This document shows, one piece after another, positions 37,401 through 50,100 of a stretch of 64,000 nt of DNA. Made by a program: the position numbers and the translations under genes. Within the stretch, counting starts at the first letter, position 1. Each line of letters opens with the position of its first letter. The DNA lies in contig KZ537961.1 in the NCBI GenBank assembly GCA_000934665.2, forward strand, positions 124,001 through 188,000, given 5' to 3'. This DNA is from Catajapyx aquilonaris. Its lineage: Eukaryota. The notes under the pieces are model-generated. The model made no database searches. It was not told the DNA's origin and worked only from the letters and a program-made list of their open reading frames with translations.

Positions 37401-40400
37401 CAGGACCAAGAGAGCATGGGAAAATGTCGCCCTGTTAGGGGGTCCCCGACATGGTGACAGCCGACCACTGTCCATCTAGATTCGGCAGCTTTAGATTGAA
37501 TCTTTTTAGTAGGCCACTACCACCTTTATAAATAAACAAAAAAGTTGGCCGCCTTTGCTGTCCCGATTTTAAAAATGGCCACACCTCAGGGTACCAAATA
37601 TTCATAACAAAGAGGCGCGAGGGGTATTTTAGAGCTAGCAATTTCATAGAGCTTTCCAGCGCCGGCTATAAATAGGTGAGACATTGGCTGAGTTTCGAGT
37701 GTCCATGTGGCATCAGGAGACCTCAGTCTGGCTCGGGGATTATGCAACCGGCGATAAATTTTTAGTCACAAATATTAGCTATTTAAGCTACAGTTTTAAA
37801 AAATTGGCAGTGTTTATTGCTTGTGGTGCATCGAGCCAAATTCTGCACGTTCCTGAAAATAATAATCCGTACAGTAGGCGACACATGGCACGTTCTTCTC
37901 AAACGGCGATAAATTGCAACGCGATAGTACCGGTGTTCCACTGCCCGTCATCTCTCGGTCCAAATCCTCCACAGTACACAGCCGGCTGTTTTGACTCGTG
38001 GCCCATTCCACTTTGAGCCAATCTCCCATCCCTATCATCCCCACGAAATTAGGCTCCCATTTCTGTTATCCTCTAGGCCCGATTAAGATACATGTGTCGA
38101 AATTAGACATCGTGCACATCACATGTCCGTATAGCACAACGCCAACAGTACCGGCCAGATCTCACTGGATCATCTCTCGACAAATGTGTCAGTGAGCCCT
38201 CCCAGACCCTGATGGTCCAAACGGAAGCACAAGACAGGTTTGGACCTCACCCGTGTCCAAAAAGATGGCTAAAAGGGAACTTAACCCCGTGAGAACGCCA
38301 TCTTGGATGCTGCCAACCAATTGGTTCGATGCCAACAGAGTGTAGAGTAACAAAGAAGGTGCAAAATAATACACTTGGTTTTGCACGCTCTGGCATCAGT
38401 TGGTCGTACTGGAAATAAGCAGTCATCTTCACGGTTCCTTTGGCGGATGGACCCCCCATCATGCCTGCCATCCCTGATGAAATCATTAACACGCGGCCCT
38501 GTTCCTCACTCCTGAGGACGTTGTTGCCTCATGTGGAACCAGGTTCTGACAACGTGCCGTGCACGCGACACGGGAGATTATATTATACCAAGGAGGACCT
38601 ACCTCACCCACCGCCTTTTGTGATTCTTCACTCTCGTTCAGATTCGTCACGACCAGAGGAAACGGACTGCGAATTGCCCCCACGCAGTTATGTCAACTAT
38701 GGATGGGCACAACTCCAGCCTCTACTATAGGATAATTAGGTCATGGGCCTGTTCTTCACAATGTGTACTATCATTGAACTAAAAATTACGCAAATTCAAC
38801 GAAAGTTACAAACGAGCTCTTCAATTACATATTAGGCGCTTCGCGAACATATTACACGCTTCGCGGAAGCGGAATTCTTTCGCGGAGCGCCTAAAATGTA
38901 CTGTTTCCAGCCCTCCCTTATTTATTGTGACGCGCAGTCTGCGAACAACAACAATCCGAGTGTTTTTAAGGGGACAACTGGCAGGGAATTTCCTGACCTA
39001 GGACCCGTTCTTCCAAAATAGAGCCAGAATCTCCTGAAAAAGTGCAACTAAAGTGAGGGGAGTGTCCCAAAAATACTTCTTCGCTCACTCGAAAACAGAG
39101 AAAATGTGCTCATCCCCATCATGTCTGCGACCCAGATGGAGGGTACGGGTACCCCCCCTAACATTGGGGTGAGGGGACGTGAAAAAAAAGGATGATGGCA
39201 CTACAGTGGGACACCAGAGAGAACCATGTGGCAGCGATTAATAAAAATGACACAATTTATGGGTTCCATTGCGTGCCGCCCTTAATGGCTAGGAGCTCGA
39301 GGGGACATCTTTCACCCGAATTCACTTATACCTTTTTCCTGGGTATAGGGTGTACCCATACAAAAAATAATTACCAAACGCAGGGTGACTCAATTTTCTG
39401 GAGGGAAAATGAAATCAAAACGATTCAACAAAAATTGGACAGAATTAGGCACAAATATTCCAAGAAGAGGCTAACAACCAGTCAGTGGTTTTAGACCAGC
39501 AGGAGTGCCCTAGTTACCTGTCAAACAACATGGCCTCCAACTACACGCATCCACAAATCATAAAATGGGGCAAAAACATGGTGTCTGACTCTCTAAAAAT
39601 CCAGTAGGAACCCCATCGTCTAGCTAATTTGTACCACTACAAATTACGGCGTTAAATAACTCCTATGAAGCCGACACAATGCCTTTAAATATGCCCACGC
39701 CTTGTTTCAACCTGGGCCCGGTCTCAAAAGAAAACGTAAATATCCTGTTGAAATGTGAACGACCCCTCCAATATTTGCGAGCATCATTTATTTTTATTCT
39801 GAGAATACTAATAATCGTGGAGGCCACCCACTTGGACACTCATTTGTACCGACGTTAATGTTAAAATTAAGGGCCTGGCTTAATGGTATTTATGGTTGAC
39901 ATTCAGGGGTGGGTTCTCTTTCCTCACGTGTTTCCAGGTTCAAAAGGAGCGCTTATCGTCGAAGCGTGTTACACTTTCGCCAGTGGCATGGACCGAGGAG
40001 TTGTGTCCTTAAGACGGACGTAATCTCCGGGTAATTAGTCCCTATCCGTGACACGTTTGCGATTGTACCGTACATTCAAAAAATCCGGGATTGCTCGCGT
40101 GATCCACAACAATGAGACTAATGGACTAATATTTTTTATCCGGCTTCCGTTTTTCCGGACTGATTTACTGAAAGGGTGCACTTTTTTCCGAAGAAACGAC
40201 CTCTAGTGAGTACAAATTGAGACCGGGCACACACATGACGTCACCTGTCCAACGTACAAAATGTCCGCTTGACAAATTGAAAACAAAAGCGTGTCGTGCT
40301 GAGTTGACACCGGAAAATCCGCATGTGGTTGATATGCCAGGTAATGCCAAATGTCACCACGATCTGGATCTGCCGCCTGCATGCTTCCAACCCTGCACGT

Positions 40401-40888
40401 CATGGCTTAGAAATGCGTTAAAAATGGACAAACCCCGCCCAACAAAATGGGACATTCTATTTCTAAAAGATGCGTAAAATCCAGGTTTTAATGTACCTAA
40501 TTGAAATGAAAGGTTCTTTGTGTTTTAATGTTAATTGTAAAAAATGATCACCACTTGTTAGTCAAATGCCCCTATCTAGGAAGTGATTGATGATCCTACA
40601 CCACGCATGGGTGGGCAGGTCACCATAAATATTTTCAATTCCCCCCTACCATAGGGGTATAACCGCAGCACCGAAAATTCGAAAATTAATAGAACAAAAC
40701 CCGCGGAATTAAACAGCGTCGAAAGCTACCGCCCGCTGTAATGAAACTATTATTTTCATCCCCCCATGTCCTATATCGGGCTGGAATGTTAAGAGGTAAC
40801 AAAATGAGTTATACAGGAGCTAACTGGGAGGCTCCAGCGTCACACACGAGAGGCGTCGAGGGGTAACCCCATAATGGGTCAAACAGTA

Positions 40889-41240
40889 TGACACGTGTAG
40901 GATCTTGGCCATTATCATGCCACGTGTAGGATCTTCTCCATTATCATGATATTCCTGACGACACGTGTAGGATCTTCGCCATTATCATGCCCCGTGTAGG
41001 ATCTTCTCCATTATCATGATATTCATGCCCCGTGTAGGATCTTCTCCATTATCATGATATTCATGACGACACGTGTAGGATCTTCTCCATTATCATGATA
41101 TTCATGACGACACGTGTAGTATCTTGGCCATTATCATGCCCCGTGTAGGATCTTGGCCATTATCATACTCCGTGTAGGATCTTCGTCATTATCATGATAT
41201 TCATGACACGCGTAGGATCTTCGCCATTATTATGACACGC
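40889..41240 (+). repeat. Minisatellite, 10 units of CGTGTAGGATCTTNNCCATTATCATG at 29/38/41-bp spacing
   Basis: Core starts at 40894, 40923, 40964, 40993, 41031, 41072, 41113, 41142, 41171 and 41209. Confidence 0.95.
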
Positions 41241-42322
41241 GGCGCATCGCCAGTCAACATACTTCCTTCGAGATGATTCATACGGAATCTCCTAACCTCT
41301 CGGTTTGTTTACGCCTCTGTTTACATTTCCAAAGAGTTCCCTTTGCGTTCAAGGCATAGTGCTAGGTGTGTGGGATTCAAATGGCTCTGATTTGCGACCA
41401 CCAAACAGCTTCCAGCGCACCTGGCGACGCTGGATCACAACAGTGACTGGGGAATCTAATCGTCTTGAAAAAAAAATAAGAGAGAACAGCTTGGCACTTT
41501 TTACCAGGGCGAGGTCAGCTCAGCTTTTAGCCACTCTATTTCTGGTATCCTACAATATGTACAGTAGAGGGACACTCTTGGGCCAAACAAATAGCGATGC
41601 TTGCCCCCCTTTTCCCCCACGATGGATAGCATGGGGCGGCCATTTTGATGAGATCTTGTGCTAGAAATGGATGATGCGGCGGTAAAGAGCAGCGTCCGAC
41701 AAAAGCCAAACAAGAAGCTTGAGAAGACGGAAAAAGAAGCACACTTCTGCACTCTCTCCAACAGAAGTCTCCCCCCCTCTTTATTTAGATTTTAGCCACT
41801 TGTTCAGCCCTGCAGGCGCGATTAATCTTCATTTAGCACAGACATCTTTAAAATTCCAAGAGTTCTTTGGGCACGAGCGGAAGAATTTATAGTCGTCCTC
41901 CCCAGCCAGTCTCTTTCATTAACATTCACATTCACACCGTCACTTTTCGGTGGGATGATTGCGTCGTCAGCGTGGAAGGTGATTGCTACACAGCTCGCTT
42001 TTGGCGACAAGCCGTGGATGCGAAAATTACCGGTCGAAACATTGCTCTGGCTGTATAACCCCTTATTACGACCCCCAGTATAAACGACTAAGCGTATAAG
42101 TGGGCGCACACGGCTCGTGCCAAATAAATCTCAATTAGTAATAATTACGTCATATTTCATATCGTGTCAGCTGGCCTATTACAAGCCAGAGCAGGATTGG
42201 AGCAACAATTCCATATCTGAACCTCATTAAGATTCCACTGACTACAACACTACATGTACCGACTTGTAGGTGTTATTTTGTGATAATACCGTCTACAAGT
42301 CAGTGGTGCTTGACATCCTTGA

Positions 42323-42568
42323 CAGTGTTGGACATTAATCGCGTCATACTGCTTGCGACATATTCTGATGCGGAAGAAGTGCAAATCGGAGCCGTGCGAG
42401 TAAGAAGAGGTAGGCCTTGAGTGACATCACTAAGGCTTGTCCCCAGCCAGTGACGTCACCCAAGGGCTGCCATTTCTTACTCGCACGGCTCGATCACTTC
42501 GATTTGCACGTCTGCCGCATCGGAAAATGTCGCTAGAAGTATGACGCGATTAATAATGTCCAACACTG
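42323..42568. mobile_element. Foldback MITE, 246 bp, abutting or inserted into a second MITE fragment (42253-42304)
   Basis: TIR CAGTGTTGGACATTA...TAATGTCCAACACTG; arms pair almost to the centre (gagccgtgcgagtaagaa vs ttcttactcgcacggctc). Confidence 0.88.
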
Positions 42569-43610
42569 TACTGATTCAAGGACGTCAAACGTCGGTATAT
42601 GAATTCCAGTGATATACCGGTACTACAAACCCGTACAGGTAGTACCAACAGGCCACTGCGTATAACGGGACAAAACCTTAAAAATAAAGCACTTGGGGAC
42701 GAGCCAGGCGGGCCCTTCTATGCACAGAAAGATTTGTAGAGGCTAAGAGATTCCGAAAAGACGACTCAGAGTGAGAAGAATAGCGTAGTCAAAGACATCT
42801 AGTCCCTTTTGGATGCCGGCAATTTACTCTCCAAGCAAGCTGTCATGGCTGCCTGCTGCCATCCATGTCCCGCCAAAATCTTCGCGGCTTTAGCCCCGAA
42901 GCAAGCAGACTCTTAGGAGGGGTCAAGGCGACTCAAATTGGACGCAAATTGGCTAGAACTAGAATGGGTGCCAAGTCCTCTCTAGTTATTCATTAGGTGT
43001 CAGGCATTTTTTTACAATCGGATAGGCTCGATTCATCCTCCGGACCGCCAAGGGGTCATATGGGTATGCGACTAACTAACGGAGTGTGAAGATGGACGGC
43101 GACCATACTTAACTGAGTGCAAATGAGTCCGCTGCTCATTTCCTGGGGATTGTGATCCAGGAAATAATAGAGATGTATTATTAGTCTGGAGACGAATAGA
43201 CAGGATTTCGGGGTGTTTTAATGCGAGGTATTGCCAAATACATTGGTGGGCAGGTGTAGCTGGGTGTACGACAGTAATGGATACCGAAGGATACACTGTG
43301 TTACTAGCCGTAAGTGTCACCTTGATAAACACTCCTTGGGAAATGATGGGCCGGTTGGCAAACACTTGCTCAGTAATTGAAAATAATGTTGAGCCGTAAC
43401 TAGTCATTTTAGTAACATCTTCCGAGGTTTAATTGTTACAAGCCTGTTACTTGACACCTTCCTGCACACATGCAACCAAATAAATCAACGTCGCCATAAT
43501 TTGGCCCTGAGATCATACAGCACATAGTTAAGAAAAGTGCGGCAGTTACAGTCTGTAATAACTGTAAACAGGACATACAAATATTTACTGCAGATATTAC
43601 TTTTACAACA

Positions 43611-43795
43611 AATTCATGTACCGGTGGTATTTTGTGATCAACAGTACTGATTTGTAGACAGAACATTCAGGTGTACTGACTTGAAAATGGTACATCAGGA
43701 TGTACCGATTCAGTGGACGTCATACCGTCTACAAGTCAGAACTCGAACGGTACTTGTTGATCACAAAATACCACCTCCAAGTCGGTACATGAATT
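43611..43795. mobile_element. MITE, same family as the fragment at 42253
   Basis: TIR AATTCATGTACCG..GGTATTTTGTGATCAACA / TGTTGATCACAAAATACC..CGGTACATGAATT; shares ATACCGTCTACAAGTCAG with 42286-42303. Confidence 0.75.
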
Positions 43796-45469
43796 ACATT
43801 GTACCGTATAAACCACAACAATTAGAGTTCAACATTCCCGGAATATCCCGGTAGCTCATAAGACCGTGACACCACCCGGTGCAAGATTTTGGGCGCTTTC
43901 ACATAAAAGAGGCACCCTGAGCCATAATTTTCAAAAATTCTAAAAACAAGTGACTCTGACGAGCCATTTCCACCACGAAACCCGCTTCTCGGAAGGCTAC
44001 TTCTGGCCATTATTTCTAGGAAAAAAGCGGCAAAATATACTTCCCCAAGTTATGGTTTTCGTGATAAGCCCCCCACAAACGGTGCGCGGTCGTGTTTCCT
44101 TAATGAATTACCGTATAGCCGTACGCTAGAAAACAGGAGGAGTCCAGGTGCAAATGGGCACGAAGCAGGTGAAACCTCACTATAAAAACACGCAGATATC
44201 ATCGGGACCCTAAGATGCACTCTAAAACCAGCATGTGTTTTATACTTCCTATAAACTGTAAAGTTGGTATGTACATTTTTACACAACGTTCATGAATATG
44301 AACAAAAATGGCCCGAGTGTTACACTAGCTGATTATATGAATATCTCTAATTCGACATCAGTCTATAATATTATTAAAGTCGTAGTGGGCATGAATGGTT
44401 ATGATTGGCCCCACGCTTATTGTTACCGCGACGCTCCGATTGGCCCAGTTCTGCGCTTGCGCAGTCGGTGGAGGAACCATTCATTTCATTGCTGACTGCC
44501 GGCGAGTCAACATCTCTGTTCCCCTCTCCCGACGACGAGGGAAAAGTATACACTATACAGTATAATAGTATGAATTGATGTCATCAGGTCATTATTTTGT
44601 TTCATACATAACTTTCAATTCTTAAAATTTTAAATATTACATTTGCAGTGCTGTGATTTCAATGTGACTTTCAGTGCAAGTTTCGACGGTACAAACACAT
44701 AGCTATGTTATTGGCTGGGGGTCGAATTTGGCCTTCTAGCAAGGAGTAAGTGGAGCAGGAAGAACTTGGGTATGTTCAGAAGCCTGGGTGGGTGGAAGGA
44801 GGTGGGTGGGGTGGAAGGAGGGGGTGTCGGTGTCAATCAAAGCGACGGGCCGTGTCGAGGACGTCACTTGTGCCCACGACGCCCAGGAGGCCTGCTGTTA
44901 TTTCGCATCCGATTACGCGCCTCTTTTTCGCTCCATCCATCTTAGTTGACACTCTTCCCCCCCTCTGAACCCATCGCTCCACCTACCCACTTACCTTCTT
45001 TTACAACAATGCCAGCCATAACCCACACTGCTATCTTTATTCGACACTTGTGCCACTCACTTTCAAATATGATGCCTTCTTACAAGATTGGTTCGTAAGC
45101 GAGCGAAGAGAATTGCCTCCTTGAACCCCCCCTCTTCATCCCAAAGAAACGGGTGTGAGGTTTGGCAGCGACGCAAGAATTGGGAAGTGCTATAGCCCCA
45201 CAGAAACCACCATAGCTCATTATACGGGTAGTCTATCTGCAGGCCAAAGCAAACGTGTCGACACACTTGACAAGCTGACGGGCGCTAGCAGGAATTCCAA
45301 GCAGCTATCAACGCCATCAGCGATACGCTCGGATTATTGTAAACAAGGGCCCCATAGTCGTATTAACGAGCCTGCTATTAATTTATCCCCGTTTCTTCGA
45401 CTGCCCCCCGTCCCTTCCTATTTACCTGGTCGAATACGCTAAAAACTCCCAAGTGCAAAAATTTCTATT

Positions 45470-45850
45470 CTGTATAGGTGCATAAGAATATTTATTAGAC
45501 GCATAATTATATTCACTAAGTGCATAATAATGTTCACTAGGTAGGCTACATAATATCATAGACTGTTATTATGTAGCCGACCTAGTGAATATTATTATGC
45601 GCCTAGTGAATATTATTTTGTAGTCTACCTAATGATGTTCACTAGGTAGGCTACAAAATAATATTCACTAGGTACATAATAATATTCACTAGGTACATAA
45701 TAATATTCACTAGGTACATAATAATATTCACTAGGTACATAATAATATTCACTAGGTACATAATAATATTCACTAGGTACATAAATATCAGAATGCAAAT
45801 AAATATGGTACAATTATGTAGTATGGTGAATTAGGTACATAAGGGTCAAA
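45470..45850. repeat. 21-bp minisatellite (ATAATATTCACTAGGTACATA), six perfect copies at about 45657-45784, with an inverted block at about 45566-45630
   Basis: Direct reading; it explains the spurious (VPSEYYY)n ORF. Confidence 0.95.
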
Positions 45851-46828
45851 ATTTTGGCCAGATTTAATTTCGGGTGTAACTACCTGTCTACTACCCTTGA
45901 TGGATGGAGATCTGGCCCGAGTGCTGAAAGACGTCCAATAATTTTGGCAACCGGACAAGGCCGAAATTTCCGCCATTTTCAACCGGACACCGTAGCAAAA
46001 TTACATGCTAATAAAAGTCCGCAGGGGGTCTCTCCTCTTGTATTTTTTTCTAAGACAAGCAATTAGTGGGGCCTCCTTCCTTTACCCCCAGGCCTGCTCT
46101 TCGGTATTATTTCACAGGGACTTGATTTATACGCTCGGGACCAAACAACTGGAAAGTCTCGTCGAGGAGCCCTCTTTGGAGGGGGGCCAAAGTCGGTGGC
46201 AACTAATCCGGAGAAGCCTCTTGATGCATGCTGCCCGCCTGTATCAGCACCATGTCTCTTGTCTCCCTCCCCCGACGGCATCCGACGCCGCCGACGCCCT
46301 TTTGTGTAAGGCACAATGGCTGCTGCCAGAGAAATGGCCGCTTTTTTTGCCCAAAATATATAAAGGGGAAATGGCGCCCCTGTATGAACCCAACAATCGG
46401 CACGAAATGAAAATAAAATAAATTTCAGCAAAATATTACGCATTGTTTCTAGAAAACGGAAGCTCAATTAGAGAGGATATTAACCGGAAGTTCAAAAAAC
46501 TTTCGTTTTTTTTACACCCCTACGTTGGCCCCACCCTATAACTTATGGGAGGCAAACTGTGCTTCAAACTGTCACCAGGAGCAGGGTAGGCCTCATTATG
46601 TTGCCAGCTGCATTCGGCTCTAATCAGCAGGAACGGATGCTGCTTCTGGCTTGTATGAGAACCTTAAATGGACCACCATTGTTGTGTGAAACTGGATATT
46701 AGACAGTTCTTACAGTTACATTGATTGGCAAATAATATTTTTTTAAACACCTTAAGCCTGTATGCCTATAGTGTTTTTTTTTACAAATAATTAGTTTATT
46801 ACAGCTAATTTGTTTTTGTATAATGTTT

Positions 46829-47120
46829 CAAATATTAAGTGAAGAACTTGTTAGTTCTTCAATATTGTACAAATAGTGTACAATATTGTACTATACACCC
46901 GGATTCTAGGCATATATGGATTACGCAAAAGACCTCAGTTTTGCATACAATCCGCAAAAATGTTTTAAAATATATTTTGTATATTTTCTCAAATATTAAC
47001 TATAACACAACTAAAAACCTGATATTTGTACAATATTGTCCTTTACACAGGACGCTAGGCATATATGGATTACATAAAATACCAAAGTTTTGCATAAAAA
47101 TTCGCGAATATTTTAAAATC
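46829..47120 (+). repeat. Diverged tandem duplication of about 160 bp
   Basis: ctaggcatatatggattac...agttttgcata...ttttaaaat occurs at about 46906 and about 47056. Confidence 0.75.
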
Positions 47121-50100
47121 CAGGAACTCAAAGATGCAGGATCTCCCCTCTCCTCCTTCCCCCTATTCAACCTCCCCACACTTCTCCCTCCACCAAGTTC
47201 AGATCAATAAAGGCAACCGGCTGGAACGAATGAAATTTATTAGGTTTCCGCTGAGACAACTCTTCCTGGCGGCCCCCAGCCCAACAAAGCACAATGAATA
47301 GCTGTTTTGATGACTTCCAATAGAGTGAGTTGGGAAGGGCCACCCCCTCTACCCCCATCGCAGAATTGCGAAGAGGGTGGGGGTATATGGGACGTTAGGT
47401 TCCGAAATTGCCTTCAGAGGGAGAGATATAGAGAGGGGGAGGGACACGATAGATGGATGCAGATCCCCAACAAAAGGTGGCAAGTGTTTCATTATTATCT
47501 AGACAATCATAAAGTCAAGGGGGGAGATTTTTATCTACGTTCTATATTAGGATACGGATAATCGTTGTAATCTACAAAAATGGTCGCCACAAAATAATAT
47601 TTAGCCACTAATACAGCACCCACGTTGGGCGCCACTATCACATCCTATAGATGTTTCAGTTTAGCACATATTATCTTTAAAAAAATCTATTTACCACCAT
47701 ATTGCATAGCACTCCAGCAAAAAAGTGGGAAAAATGTCCAGTTTGAAATTCTGGTCAAAATCTGAAGTCGGTCTGAAGCCCACCGTATATAACACTAGAG
47801 GAGGAGGAGGATTTCGTCCTTTTTCCGGGGCTGAGCTTCCGCCGAAATGAAATTCTTGGCCGGATCCAATAAAGTGAGGCTCTGCCGCACTGCCACAAGC
47901 CGCAATGGACGCTTCCCTTTTATATTGACCATCCACCCTATACCACCTACCCACTCTTTGCCACATATATACGTCCATCTATCTACACCCACCATATATA
48001 CACCATTGCAATCTGATATCAGAAGAATCAGATTTACAACCGGATTTTTCTGCTGGGCTGCAACGAAAATTCTGCGGGGAAAAAATAATTTTCAGGTTCA
48101 TTTGTATCCAATAATGTATACAAAAAACAGAGTTGACAATTTTAGAGCGCTTTACATTCCAAGGAGTGGAAACAAAACACAAGAGTGATTGTGTCGAGAG
48201 AGAAGACACGGTTACAAAAAAACAAGTGGGATAAGTATTTTTGTTTTTACCGCCTATCCATTTGCTCTAGTTGACTGTGACATGGTTCAAGCAGCTGTTT
48301 GGGGGCATTTCCTTGTCCCGGAAGGTCATTTGGAAAACCTGGGTGTTCTTTCCCACAAATCTGTCCTAACACCGAGTTTTCGAGGTGATGCGTCTGTCAC
48401 CCCTATCGCAGATGCGCCACGGGTTTTTTTTTTTTTCGCAGGATCCGCGAAATGGTGGAATGTTCCCGGATTAATTACCCACACCCCCATGGACGCCTTC
48501 CTCATTACTAACTTTTCTAGAAGACCGCAAATTTGTTGGATCATAAAGCTTTCTTGAAGGTGTGCCCCATCTCTTTTTTAACACCATGGTTTCAAAGGCG
48601 CTGGCAAACGCACAAAACGCACGTTGTTTTTCTTCAAAATGTGTCTTTTAAAAAAATGTGTCTATCTCAATTTCGTCATATTGCTGTACCATCCGGCCAA
48701 AAGACATCCTCTATAGGCGCCTAGCGCAATCGGCGGTGTTTATTAACGAGAAGCCCTCCCTGCCTTGGCTCCATATTGATGTTGGCGTTGCCTCAGCAAC
48801 GGAGTTTTTCCCACGCTTTTCGCTAACTCCCCCCCCTTTCCCTTTTCCAACCACCCCCGCCTTCCCCCTCCGGACCTCCCCCGTATTAACTGGGCCTGTC
48901 ATGCACTCGCCTTATAAGCTATGAAGCGCTTTTGCCGAGCCCGAATTCTTCGGCAGCGCATAGTTGGGATGTTTCCCCAACGGAGCGCGGGGGATTTTAA
49001 ACGGGTACAGCCTCCGCCCTATCCAAATCCGCATATCGATAACCCCACAATTCACTATGAACTTCCCAAATCAACCTAACAGAAGGGTGCACTCAATGTA
49101 ACAACCTGTACGTATTGTTTGTACCACCGAATATTTTGTTTCTACCGGCGAGGCGCCATATTGAACACCAGTCCGGGATGGGTCCACCTGGCGGGAGATG
49201 AGTGTACTGGAAAGATCATGGCCGTTAGTGAGCCGTGCCTGAGCATGAATAAAATCCCTGATAACTGTATTGTGACTGTATTCAGGAGCGGGAGTAATGA
49301 AGCGGCCCCACTTTCAAGAGGAATTTGTCGCATTCCTTCCCGAAAGGAAGGAAAAGACGGCGGCGGCTCCGGAGAAGGGAGAATGCGGCTCGATGTCGGC
49401 CTGATTTTGCTCAGAATTTCGCACTATATATAGCCAACTGCGATACCAATTCAAGGAGATCAGGTGATCAAATCTGTACTATAAAACAATTATTAAAACA
49501 ATGACAAACCAATTTTATTATTGTCATGTCAAAAGGATGTCACCTTCGTATTATCAAAGGTTCACAAATCAAGTAGGTTCTTTTGGAAAAAAAAAAGGAG
49601 CCCCACTCGTCAACGGCCCTTTGGCCATACCAGCCTTACTACATTTACCACCCCACCACCAACGAAGACAAGTCCACTTTCGGTCCCCAACTCGGAGGCC
49701 GCCAAAGGTATACCTATCTTTTGCATCTTATCGTCTCCCAATACACCGCGAGCAGAATTCGGATGAGTCACAAAAAAGTGCTTTAAAAAAACCGGTCTTA
49801 AGGTCGTGGGAAAAAAAGTGTTTCCGCCAATCCACAGGCCCTGCTTTTTGTTTCAATATTTAATATGTGAATTTTAAAAGGAGTCTCGCACCATAAAAAT
49901 TCGTGGGGGGATCTGGTAATTTCCTGCACAGCGTGTTATAAAACATTGTAACTTACTAATTATAAGGTGCATAAGTTTTAATGAACACTCACAGAATGCG
50001 ATGACAGCACGGTCAAGGAAAACAGTTATCTAAAAACCTGTCAAACTGAGTTCTAAAATATCAATCCCCCTTTGAGTTGAAACTGTCACTCAAACATGTT

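Noticed and set aside
40889..41240. CRISPR-like array
   Set aside because: No unique spacers; unit differences are small reused inserts; eukaryotic context with no cas genes.
45625..45813. ORF with VPSEYYY repeats
   Set aside because: Translation of a 21-bp minisatellite.
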